Positions 37,951 to 46,094 of a DNA stretch of 57,715 nucleotides are shown piece after piece. This DNA comes from Candidatus Elulimicrobium sp. (lineage in GTDB: Bacteria > Omnitrophota > Gorgyraeia > Zapsychrales > Fredricksoniimonadaceae). Position 1 is the first letter of the stretch. Each line of letters starts with the position of its first letter. Both the position numbers and the translations under genes were made by a program. The notes below the pieces were generated by a model, which made no database searches, was not told where the DNA came from, and saw nothing but the letters and a program-made list of their open reading frames with translations. Location: positions 1 through 57,715 of the forward strand of contig DYOU01000007.1 of NCBI GenBank assembly GCA_020720365.1. The letters run 5' to 3'.

Positions 37951-39318
37951 ATGACTAAAAAAACACAAACCTTTTTTCTCACCATTCTTTTATTTTTTAT
38001 ACCGCAGGCATGTTTTGCGGCGATAAGCCTAAGTGTTAATCCTGTTGATGGAAGCAACACCCTGCGTTTCAGGCCTTCTGTAGGCGGCATGGAAGATAGA
38101 AAAGAGATCCGTATTCGAGTTAATTCAACGGGAGGTACTCGTTACCAGGTTTTTCAGCGTTTAATGGAACCTCTGGTGAATGAAAAAGGTGAGACCTTGG
38201 ATATTCAGGTATTACAGACAGCGACAACCGGTAATTCGAATGCTTCCGGAACGCTGTATATGCAAAATATTGATCGGATGAGTATGGGAGAGCAGCTTTT
38301 ATATACATCAGGGCAGAATGGCGACAGTGATTCTTTTACGGTTGCTTATGCGGTTGATGCTGGAGTTGTGGATCGGAGCGGTATTTTTTGTGGTCGGGTT
38401 GTTTTTACGGTGCGGGCTATAGGAGAAGCGTCTCAGGAGCAGACATCGGTTAATATCATGATAGAAACGCTTTCTGTATGGAAAGCCGAGGTGGCCGGCG
38501 GCCGGAATAAGGGGTTGGTTCGGGTAAAAGATACAGATGTGACGGATCAGAGTGCTGATTTTGTTAAAGTATCATTTGCCGGTAGTTCTCATCAGGAAGT
38601 TCGTATTTATCAAGAGGTTTTTTCATTGCCGGAAGATGCTCAGGCCAATGAAATGAAAGAAGATGTTTTAAGGTTTTCAGTTGGAGCCAATGACGAGAAG
38701 GGTGTTCGGGCGGCAGGGGTTTCTTCGTTGGGCAGGGACAGCGTTCTTTTATATGCCGGCCAGGCTCAGGAGAATGATATCATCATCCGGTTCTTTGTGG
38801 ATCCGAAGGTTATTGCCCTTCAGGATGCAGGAACGTATTTTGGTAAGGTTAAGTATATTGTCGAGACCAATGATAAAAGGCAAGAGTTCCAGGTTGACCT
38901 GGAATGTGAGGTTCAGCCTGTTTTTACCGTTGATGTTATCCTGCCTCCGGAAGGCGTAAGTTTTAAAAATATTTTACCGAATGCACCGCCTTCGGAGCAT
39001 GAAGTTGTAGTTACAGTTCGCTCCAATCTTCATCGTCCCTATCAGATCCTGCAGGATATGCAGGCTCCGATGGTGAATGAAAAAGGCGAGGCTTTAAAGA
39101 AAGAATATTTTTCCATGAAAGTCGATCTTTCCGGGATGAAGGGCAAGACAAAGTTCACTGATTTTACGCCGATGGAAACCGGAGAATATACCATTTTCTC
39201 ATCGGATAATCAGGGCACAGCGGGTACCTTCAGGGTGATTTATCAGCTGCAGGGGTACCCTCAGATGAGCGGAGGCAATTATGCGGCTCCGATACGTTTT
39301 TCGTTGAATCAAAACTAG
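37951..39318 (+). CDS. Secreted triple-repeat beta-sandwich protein (putative minor/tip fimbrial subunit)
   Basis: Signal peptide, internal repeats YQVFQRLMEPLVNEKGETL / YQILQDMQAPMVNEKGEAL, and three terminal-strand motifs (GIFCGRVVF, GTYFGKVKY, GNYAAPIRF). Confidence 0.6.
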   Translation: MTKKTQTFFLTILLFFIPQACFAAISLSVNPVDGSNTLRFRPSVGGMEDRKEIRIRVNSTGGTRYQVFQRLMEPLVNEKGETLDIQVLQTATTGNSNASGTLYMQNIDRMSMGEQLLYTSGQNGDSDSFTVAYAVDAGVVDRSGIFCGRVVFTVRAIGEASQEQTSVNIMIETLSVWKAEVAGGRNKGLVRVKDTDVTDQSADFVKVSFAGSSHQEVRIYQEVFSLPEDAQANEMKEDVLRFSVGANDEKGVRAAGVSSLGRDSVLLYAGQAQENDIIIRFFVDPKVIALQDAGTYFGKVKYIVETNDKRQEFQVDLECEVQPVFTVDVILPPEGVSFKNILPNAPPSEHEVVVTVRSNLHRPYQILQDMQAPMVNEKGEALKKEYFSMKVDLSGMKGKTKFTDFTPMETGEYTIFSSDNQGTAGTFRVIYQLQGYPQMSGGNYAAPIRFSLNQN

Positions 39319-39343
39319 GTTAAACAAAAAAAAGGAGAGATGC

Positions 39344-39964
39344 ATGAAAACAAGGGCAAGTGTTATGATGGCAGCGGCTATTCTGCTCGCGCAGTCTGGC
39401 TCGTTATGGGCACAAACGGTTTTTACGATCACAGCAGCAGTTCCTGCGGCTACGAGTGTAAGCATCGCAGCATCAAGTATCACAGGAACGACATGGTCGA
39501 CTGCAGGTACAGCTTTAACCTTCGGAACGTTGACGTTTGATTCCAGTATTCCTACGGGATCAACCAAACCGTTGAACATTTGGCGTGCGCCGAATTATTT
39601 TGCTATTGATATTTCCAATAATGGCGGTGGCAGCCCGAGCGCATCTTTTACTTATACGGAAGGGTCCAAACCAACAGGACAGGTGCACGGCTTGGGGTAT
39701 AAAGGTACGATCGACTTCAAGAGGGTTACAATTAATACGGCTGGTGTTACGACTGATAATGTTATCACAGGGCATACCAAAAAAGCGTTGAGGGATATCA
39801 CTGTTACAGAGAGTATTTCTTCTTCTTTGACCGCGGGTGGTTGGTTAAGGGCTTATATTGGTCTTGCGGATGGCGCGACAGGAACTCCTGGTGAGCCTTT
39901 CGGTGCTACAGACTTACAGGGTAACTATACAGGAACATTGACGATCACAGCGACAACGATCTGA
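39344..39964 (+). CDS. Putative major fimbrial subunit (chaperone-usher/Csu-like)
   Basis: Signal peptide, alternating N-terminal strand VFTITAAVP, LTFG, Thr/Gly-rich body and C-terminal GNYTGTLTITAT. Strong RBS. Confidence 0.65.
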   Translation: MKTRASVMMAAAILLAQSGSLWAQTVFTITAAVPAATSVSIAASSITGTTWSTAGTALTFGTLTFDSSIPTGSTKPLNIWRAPNYFAIDISNNGGGSPSASFTYTEGSKPTGQVHGLGYKGTIDFKRVTINTAGVTTDNVITGHTKKALRDITVTESISSSLTAGGWLRAYIGLADGATGTPGEPFGATDLQGNYTGTLTITATTI

Positions 39965-39989
39965 TTATTAATGAATATTTGATGCTGAT

Positions 39990-40790
39990 ATGAGAAAACA
40001 AATAATATTTATTATGTTTTTTTGCATCGTCCTTGCCGGACCGGCCATGGCCCAATTCTTCATAGAAGAAGGAAAGGTTGTCTTGTCCGTGTCCGGCGGG
40101 GAACGCATCAATAAATCAGTTATTATTAATAATACAACAGCCAATGATCTGGATGTGCGCGTTTATTGGGAAGATTTTCAGTATGAACCGCCTTATGATG
40201 GCTCAAAGAAGTTCTTTCCTGCCGGGACAATAGAGGGCTCTGCCAGCAGCTGGATCCAGTATGTCCCGCAAGAGTTCAGATTGCCAGCTTTTGGCAAACA
40301 AAAGATTGATTATACACTGAGTGTACCGGATGATATTCAAGGAGGGCATTATGGTGTGCTTTTCTTTGAACGTTTGGGAGATGCGGCTGAAGGCCGTGCC
40401 GCTGTCAAGATCGTAACACGCCTAGGTTGTTTGTTCTTTATTGAAGCCAAAGACAAGACCAAGAGTGCGGAGCTGCAAAACATTAAATTTGAAGGTAATG
40501 ACCTTACAGGATCTTTCGCGAATAACAGTAATGTGGTGTTGATACCTCATACGACATATTACATTATGGATGAAAGCGGACTTGTCGCTGATCGCGGAGA
40601 AGTGGCGAAACTTTATGTTACGCCTGGAGCGGTAGCCTTCTGGAGGGTTTCATTGCCGAAGGATCTGGCCGCAGGGCGATATACATTTTTCCTGAACGCA
40701 GATCTTGAAGATGGAGATCTGGTGGTCAAAGAGATCACCTTTCAAAAAGATTTATCCGGAGGCCTGGTGGTCGAAAAAGTGCAGGATTAA
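39990..40790 (+). CDS. Periplasmic fimbrial chaperone-like protein (PapD/DUF916-like)
   Basis: I.N.T....V.V..ED, SASSWI...P..F.LP, VP....GGHYGVLFFE, second domain N.SNV...P and GRY. Confidence 0.7.
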   Translation: MRKQIIFIMFFCIVLAGPAMAQFFIEEGKVVLSVSGGERINKSVIINNTTANDLDVRVYWEDFQYEPPYDGSKKFFPAGTIEGSASSWIQYVPQEFRLPAFGKQKIDYTLSVPDDIQGGHYGVLFFERLGDAAEGRAAVKIVTRLGCLFFIEAKDKTKSAELQNIKFEGNDLTGSFANNSNVVLIPHTTYYIMDESGLVADRGEVAKLYVTPGAVAFWRVSLPKDLAAGRYTFFLNADLEDGDLVVKEITFQKDLSGGLVVEKVQD

Positions 40791-40831
40791 CCTTTGCATA
40801 ACCATCAATCCCGCTGACCGGACAACAGCTT

Positions 40832-43681
40832 ATGATCTTAAGACGAGCGTTATGTTTAATGATGGCGGCCTTTTTGATGTTATGGGCCTTTCCCTCTTTC
40901 GCTGAAGATCCGTATCTTTCCTATGAACAGTATTTGAATGAGGGTGTTCAAGCTTTTAAGAATCGCGATGATCAGGCTGCCTTGGATTATTTCCATCGGG
41001 CGCATCTTTTATATCCTTCAGCAGAAGAGCCGCTGCAATATATTAATCTGATCAAGCGTACTCAGGATGAACGGCTTCAGGTAATGGGTGTTCCTTTAGA
41101 GCCCGATCATCCAGAGGCGCGAGAAAAAGTTATCCAGGCGACTCTTGATCAGTTTGTCGGCCGTGCTCAGAAGCCATTAGCCATAACGCAACAACCTCTC
41201 CTTGAGAAAAAAGTAGAGCAGCCATTGCCTGCCAGGAAAGTGACAGCTTTGCCTGCTCTTTCCGCAACACAGGTAGTCAGTCATTCTTCTGCTATAAGAA
41301 AAACGAATGATGTGCTTTCATTGGATGATGTCGTGGCCTCCAGCCAGGACAGACCGTCGATCCGTATTGTTTTTGGTTCTTCGGTTATTGTAGAGGGAAG
41401 GAATCTGCAGCGGTTTCTGGCTGTTAATCCTGAGGCACTGAATGTTAAGCCGGCAGGGAGGGATCAGATCATTATTGAGGCTAAACATTGGGGAAGCTCA
41501 TTCTTACATATTTGGGATGAACGTGGGCGTACGACGGTGTATGTTGAGGTGATGCTTCCGGCGGCATCGAATGAATTTGTTTCTGCACAATCAGCTGCTG
41601 TGGAACATGCGCCTCCATTTCGTATGAATTATGCGTTGGATAACAGCTCTTTTTATTATGGACCGGATCTGGGTGGATTACGCCGCAGGAGTTTGAATGT
41701 TCAGGAAACGTTTGGACTGACAGGGGAGACGCCATACGGCCTTTTGGATACGTCTTTAGTTGCGACCGGATTTAATCCGGTCCTTGAGATCCCCAATTAT
41801 ACATTGGGGCTTTCGCATGTTCCGATGCCGGGGACGAGCGACCTTAATCTTCGGGTGTTTGACGGGTATCGATTCTTGTCGCCGTTGACGATGGTGGGGA
41901 CACGTTTGAAAGGAGCTTTTGCGGATGTTGTTTCTTTGAATAATATTCTGGCTGTTTCAGTCAGTCATGGGGCGCAAATGGGGTCTTTTAATTATTTACC
42001 AGGCGGCGGGTCGACAACAAAAGATTCGTTTATTGATGCGGTGCGAGTTTCACTTTTTCCGGGCAATACGACGCATGAATATTCGATCAATTTTGCGCAA
42101 GGCAGCGGCAGTGAGCGTGATGAATATTTAACAAAGAAGGTGTATTCGATCGAGGGCAGGCAGAAGTTGGGGCCTGTTGATCTGAATGCTGAGCTGGCTC
42201 GGGATGATGAGAATACTGCTTCATTGGCAGGAGCCCAATGGTTGAATGGGGCGCTCAGGCAGCGGTTGAGCTTCAGGGAGATCAACAAGGATTTTACAAC
42301 GATCGTTTCGTCTCCGTCTAATCAAGGTGAGATCGGTGGTACCTGGACGACGAGTGGAGAGTGGGACAGGCTTTCCATGGATACGTATGTTGATGTATAT
42401 AAAGACAGAATATTCCCCAATGAACAGGATCCTGAGGCGTTAAATCTTGATTCGAATGTTCATACACGGATACCATTTGGAGAAAAATATGCGGTTGATG
42501 CGGCGGTGCGGTACGTACATACGCCAGGAGAAATGTCACCGAGAAGATATGCGAGCGTTGATGGCCGTTTGACACGAGAGCTTCCGGTATGGGGAGGTCG
42601 TAAGGGAAGTGTTTATGTAGGGGGAGTGGATCAGCGAAGCCGGTTTTCGTTTGCCTCGGAATCAGAATACGACCGCGAAGCTGTTTCGGCGGGAGTTCAG
42701 GTGCCGTTGACGAGATCATTATCTGGTTATTTAAATTATGAATATTCATGGCTGCATGAAAAGTTTTCGCTTGAGGATTACAATCCTTCGGTGATGAATG
42801 CGGGGTTATCTTACAGTAAGCAGCTGACCAACAAGCTTTCAGGAAATTTAGGCTTAATGTATCGTGATGAAGAGAATGTTGAGGGGCGTAATAGTTTTTT
42901 GGCCGGGGAGGACAGTGTATCAGCCTCTGCCGGGCTATCGTATAATCCCAAGACCGATGTGAATTTTTTCTGTGATTCGCGTTTAAGGAATGTCCTGGCG
43001 CAAATTCCCGATAATCCTTCTTATAATGACCTGGATGTCCGTTTTGGTATGCGGATGGCATTCGGATTGGGCTTTTCACTGGATTCTGAAGGTATTGTGA
43101 CGGGTTTTGTCTTTAAGGATCGGGATGGGAATAAGAAATTTGATCCACAGGACACGAATGTTTTGGGAGATGAGGGGCTTGCAGGGATCAAGGTCAAGAT
43201 CGGCGATAAAGAGGCGGTGACCGATGAACGCGGTTGGTATCGACTGGCGATCCGCGGTAAAAAAGTTATCGTTACACCGGTGCTCGAGAGTTTACCGACA
43301 GGGTTTGTTTTTTCAACGCCAAGTTTCGCGAAATTGGAGCTTCGTCAGGGGCAGACCAGCCGGGTAGATTTTGGCTTAACGAGTCAATCGGGTGTGTATG
43401 GCGTGGCGTTCGTGGATCGAAATGGAAACGGAATCCCTGATCAGGGTGATCGTTTTGTGAGCCGGGTGAAAGTTCTTTTAGATGGGAAAGGGGCTCAGGT
43501 CACCGATGGCCGTGGAGCGTATTTCTTCAAGAATATCGCCAAGGGCAAGCACACGTTAACGATCGATATGAAAGATCTTCCAGCTGAGTTTATTCCGCTT
43601 GTAAAATTAAAGAATTCTGTGGATGTAGTTGAAGGAACGACCTATGTTTTTCATATTCCGTTGAAAGCCAAGGCGGAATAA
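40832..43681 (+). CDS. Usher-like outer-membrane protein (TPR + pilus-secretin N-domain + beta-barrel + two SdrD-B-like domains)
   Basis: N-terminal TPR, GSS....LQRFLAVNPE......IIIEAKHWGSSFLHIWD, a long amphipathic beta region, and GFVFKDRDGN and GVAFVDRNGNG repeats. Confidence 0.65.
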   Translation: MILRRALCLMMAAFLMLWAFPSFAEDPYLSYEQYLNEGVQAFKNRDDQAALDYFHRAHLLYPSAEEPLQYINLIKRTQDERLQVMGVPLEPDHPEAREKVIQATLDQFVGRAQKPLAITQQPLLEKKVEQPLPARKVTALPALSATQVVSHSSAIRKTNDVLSLDDVVASSQDRPSIRIVFGSSVIVEGRNLQRFLAVNPEALNVKPAGRDQIIIEAKHWGSSFLHIWDERGRTTVYVEVMLPAASNEFVSAQSAAVEHAPPFRMNYALDNSSFYYGPDLGGLRRRSLNVQETFGLTGETPYGLLDTSLVATGFNPVLEIPNYTLGLSHVPMPGTSDLNLRVFDGYRFLSPLTMVGTRLKGAFADVVSLNNILAVSVSHGAQMGSFNYLPGGGSTTKDSFIDAVRVSLFPGNTTHEYSINFAQGSGSERDEYLTKKVYSIEGRQKLGPVDLNAELARDDENTASLAGAQWLNGALRQRLSFREINKDFTTIVSSPSNQGEIGGTWTTSGEWDRLSMDTYVDVYKDRIFPNEQDPEALNLDSNVHTRIPFGEKYAVDAAVRYVHTPGEMSPRRYASVDGRLTRELPVWGGRKGSVYVGGVDQRSRFSFASESEYDREAVSAGVQVPLTRSLSGYLNYEYSWLHEKFSLEDYNPSVMNAGLSYSKQLTNKLSGNLGLMYRDEENVEGRNSFLAGEDSVSASAGLSYNPKTDVNFFCDSRLRNVLAQIPDNPSYNDLDVRFGMRMAFGLGFSLDSEGIVTGFVFKDRDGNKKFDPQDTNVLGDEGLAGIKVKIGDKEAVTDERGWYRLAIRGKKVIVTPVLESLPTGFVFSTPSFAKLELRQGQTSRVDFGLTSQSGVYGVAFVDRNGNGIPDQGDRFVSRVKVLLDGKGAQVTDGRGAYFFKNIAKGKHTLTIDMKDLPAEFIPLVKLKNSVDVVEGTTYVFHIPLKAKAE

Positions 43682-43686
43682 TCGTT

Positions 43687-43917
43687 TTATAAAACCACAA
43701 TAGATCTTACTGTAACCACTTCCTGATTGCGGACCATCTGCTGCTCCTGGACTATTCCTGATTCATTGAATACTTGCTGGTTTTGATCTGCCGCAGGCAT
43801 TTGAATTAAAGCAGGAACGGTAACCGATAAATTGAAGACCATGGATTCAGCCCAGGCAGAGCCCGCTTGTGCCAAGATGAGAACAGTCAGGATTGTTAAT
43901 GTCAGATGTTTTTTCAT
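43687..43917 (-). CDS. Small secreted protein resembling the N-terminus of the fimbrial subunit
   Basis: RBS AAGGGGG, 23-aa signal peptide ending LAQAGSAWA, mature ESMVFNLSVTVPA. Lies downstream of a riboswitch. Confidence 0.8.
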   Translation of the reverse strand: MKKHLTLTILTVLILAQAGSAWAESMVFNLSVTVPALIQMPAADQNQQVFNESGIVQEQQMVRNQEVVTVRSIVVL

Positions 43918-43966
43918 TGTCGCCCCCTTGTTTAAGGTAAGACGACTTGAAAGAGATGGAAGGACA

Positions 43967-43997
43967 CAAAAAAGAAAGCTAGCGTGCGGTTAGCTTC
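43967..43997 (-). terminator. Riboswitch expression-platform terminator
   Basis: On the minus strand, AAGCTA-ACCGCACGC-TAGCTT is followed by TCTTTTTT. The left arm overlaps the aptamer 3' end. Confidence 0.7.
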
Positions 43998-44090
43998 GGC
44001 AACCTGACGACCATTCCCTTATCATAATGATAAGGGGTTAGGCTCACGGCTTTGCGTCCTACTCTTTCAAGTAGTTTGCCTTTTTCGACT
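43995..44090 (-). ncRNA. Cyclic di-GMP-I (GEMM-I) riboswitch
   Basis: The minus strand reads AGUCGAAAAAGGCAAACUACUUGAAAGAGUAGGACGCAAAGCCGUGAGCCUAA-(CCCUUAUC hairpin)-AUGGUCGUCAGGUUGCCGAA. This matches the GGCAAAC / GAAA tetraloop / GGACGCAAAG / CCUAA..AUGG receptor / GUUGCCG consensus. Confidence 0.93.
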
Positions 44091-44119
44091 ATAAAGAACA
44101 ATTTCCTTCCCCGATTTAA

Positions 44120-44149
44120 AGCATAACATATTCCGGTTCGCATTGCCAA
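44120..44149 (-). promoter_or_regulatory. Putative promoter for the riboswitch-led gene
   Basis: Minus strand TTGGCA, 18 nt, TATGCT with extended -10 TG, about 30 nt before the aptamer. Confidence 0.5.
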
Positions 44150-44318
44150 GATTGGCTAGGGAAAACAACCTTTCTTGATTTCGCCCTAAGTACGAATGAA
44201 CCATTTTTCTCTTGAAAAGTCAGGGGTAATTGATCGAATCGTGGTATTATTGCGGAGCCTTAATGTTCGTTAAGGGGTGGACATTGGTTGTGTTAAATTT
44301 TATTCTTAGGAAAATAAA

Positions 44319-45914
44319 ATGAATGATTCAATGAAGGAAGAAATAGCGCGCCGCCGGACATTCGCGATCATTTCGCACCCGGACGCAGGAAAAACAACAT
44401 TAACCGAAAAGCTTTTGCTTTACGGCGGAGCTTTGGATCTGGCCGGTTCGGTTACGGCGAAAAAGAAACAGAGAGAGACGGCATCCGATTGGATGGAGCT
44501 TGAAAAGAAGCGAGGGATCTCGATATCATCCACAGTTTTACAATTTGATTATGAGGGGTATCGGTTGAACTTATTGGATACTCCGGGACATAAGGATTTT
44601 TCTGAAGACACCTATCGCGTGCTTATGGCGGTGGACGCGGTTGTGATGGTGATTGATGCCGGTAAAGGGATTGAAAGTCAGACACGCAAGCTTTTTGAGA
44701 TCTGCCGTAAACGTGGTATTCCGATCTTTACGTTTATGAATAAACTCGACAGGCCTTCGATGTCGGCGCTGGAGTTGATCGATCAGCTTGAAAAAGTGCT
44801 TAATTTGCATGCTTTCCCCGTTAATTGGCCTTTGGGGAACGGCCCGGATTTCAAAGGCATTTATGACCGGGTGAAGAAAGAAGTGCATCTTTTTGAGAGA
44901 GTCCCCGGCGGGGCTTATCGTGCGCCTGTTTCTGTGCATGATCTTGGAGAGCCCTTTGTGAAGGGGCTTTTGTCCGAGGGTACTTACCGGGAAGTGGTTG
45001 AGGAACTTGAAATGCTTGACGGAGCGCATGGCGGGTTTGATCTAAATGAGGTCATGCAGGGGCGGACGACTCCGGTATTTTTTGGCAGTGCTGCCAATAA
45101 CTTTGGCGTGGAGTTTTTGTTGAATGGATTTCTCGAGCATTCGGCTCCGCCGGCACCAAGAAAAACGAAGAATGGGCTTATCCCGTTAGATCATCCTGAT
45201 TTTTCGGCGTTCATTTTTAAAGTTCAGTCCAATATGAATCCTCAACACAGGGACAGGGTGGTATTTGCCAGGGTCTGTTCAGGACGGTTTGTGCGTGATA
45301 TGAAAGTGTTCCATCATCGGTCAAAGAAGGAAGTGAGGTTATCAGATTCATATAATCTTTTTGGACGTGATCGGGAAGTCATTAATGAAGCATATCCGGG
45401 AGATATTATCGGGTTTGTTACAAAACTGGATTACAGGATCGGGGATACGATCAGCACTGATCCGAGCTTGTTTTTTGAAGAGATCCCTCGTTTTGCCCCG
45501 GAATGTTTTGCGTTTCTTCATAATTCAGCGGCTTCTACCTACAAGCCCTTTAGGAAAGGTTTGGACCATTTATTGGCAGAAGATATCGTTCAATCATTTA
45601 CGATGACCGGTTTCCGGAATAATATTCCACTCTTGGGAGCGGTCGGGCCTTTGCAATTTGAGGTGCTTCAGTATCGTTTAAAAGATGAGTATGGCGGTGA
45701 ATCGCGGCTGGAAACGCAACCGTGGAAACTTTTACGCTGGGTTGCGCCTCCCTTTAATGATGAAGAATTAAAGAATTCATTATCCCAGGAAGCGGCTTTG
45801 GCCAAGGATGATCAGGGACGTACGGTCATTCTTTTTGCCAGTGATTGGTCGCTCAAGTATTATTCAGGGAGGTATCCAGCGATAAAATTGTTGGATTCTC
45901 CTTCGTTTAAGTAG
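44319..45914 (+). CDS. prfC: Peptide chain release factor 3
   Basis: RRRTFAIISHPDAGKTTLTEKLLL, SDWMELEKKRGISI, DTPGHKDFSEDTYR, NKLD and GAVGPLQFEV. Confidence 0.97.
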   Translation: MNDSMKEEIARRRTFAIISHPDAGKTTLTEKLLLYGGALDLAGSVTAKKKQRETASDWMELEKKRGISISSTVLQFDYEGYRLNLLDTPGHKDFSEDTYRVLMAVDAVVMVIDAGKGIESQTRKLFEICRKRGIPIFTFMNKLDRPSMSALELIDQLEKVLNLHAFPVNWPLGNGPDFKGIYDRVKKEVHLFERVPGGAYRAPVSVHDLGEPFVKGLLSEGTYREVVEELEMLDGAHGGFDLNEVMQGRTTPVFFGSAANNFGVEFLLNGFLEHSAPPAPRKTKNGLIPLDHPDFSAFIFKVQSNMNPQHRDRVVFARVCSGRFVRDMKVFHHRSKKEVRLSDSYNLFGRDREVINEAYPGDIIGFVTKLDYRIGDTISTDPSLFFEEIPRFAPECFAFLHNSAASTYKPFRKGLDHLLAEDIVQSFTMTGFRNNIPLLGAVGPLQFEVLQYRLKDEYGGESRLETQPWKLLRWVAPPFNDEELKNSLSQEAALAKDDQGRTVILFASDWSLKYYSGRYPAIKLLDSPSFK

Positions 45915-46027
45915 TTGGAATTATGTTTATTGGGAGGTCGTTCTGGTGGAAATTCAGACATTATCAGGGGAAGGATCAAGAATCCTTTCCTTCAGGTTAA
46001 TTCTGAATGAATAATATTCGTAATTTG

Positions 46028-46057
46028 TTGACATATATAGCGTTCCGGGAGTATAGT
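46028..46057 (+). promoter_or_regulatory. Putative sigma70 promoter of the chemosensory cluster
   Basis: TTGACA, 18 nt, TATAGT. Confidence 0.55.
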
Positions 46058-46094
46058 CACAAACAGTAGTATTATTTTGAAAGGCGGGTATTGA

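Noticed and set aside
42318-43079. 253-aa minus-strand ORF
   Set aside because: It is antisense to the usher-like gene and has an unnatural His/Pro-rich composition.
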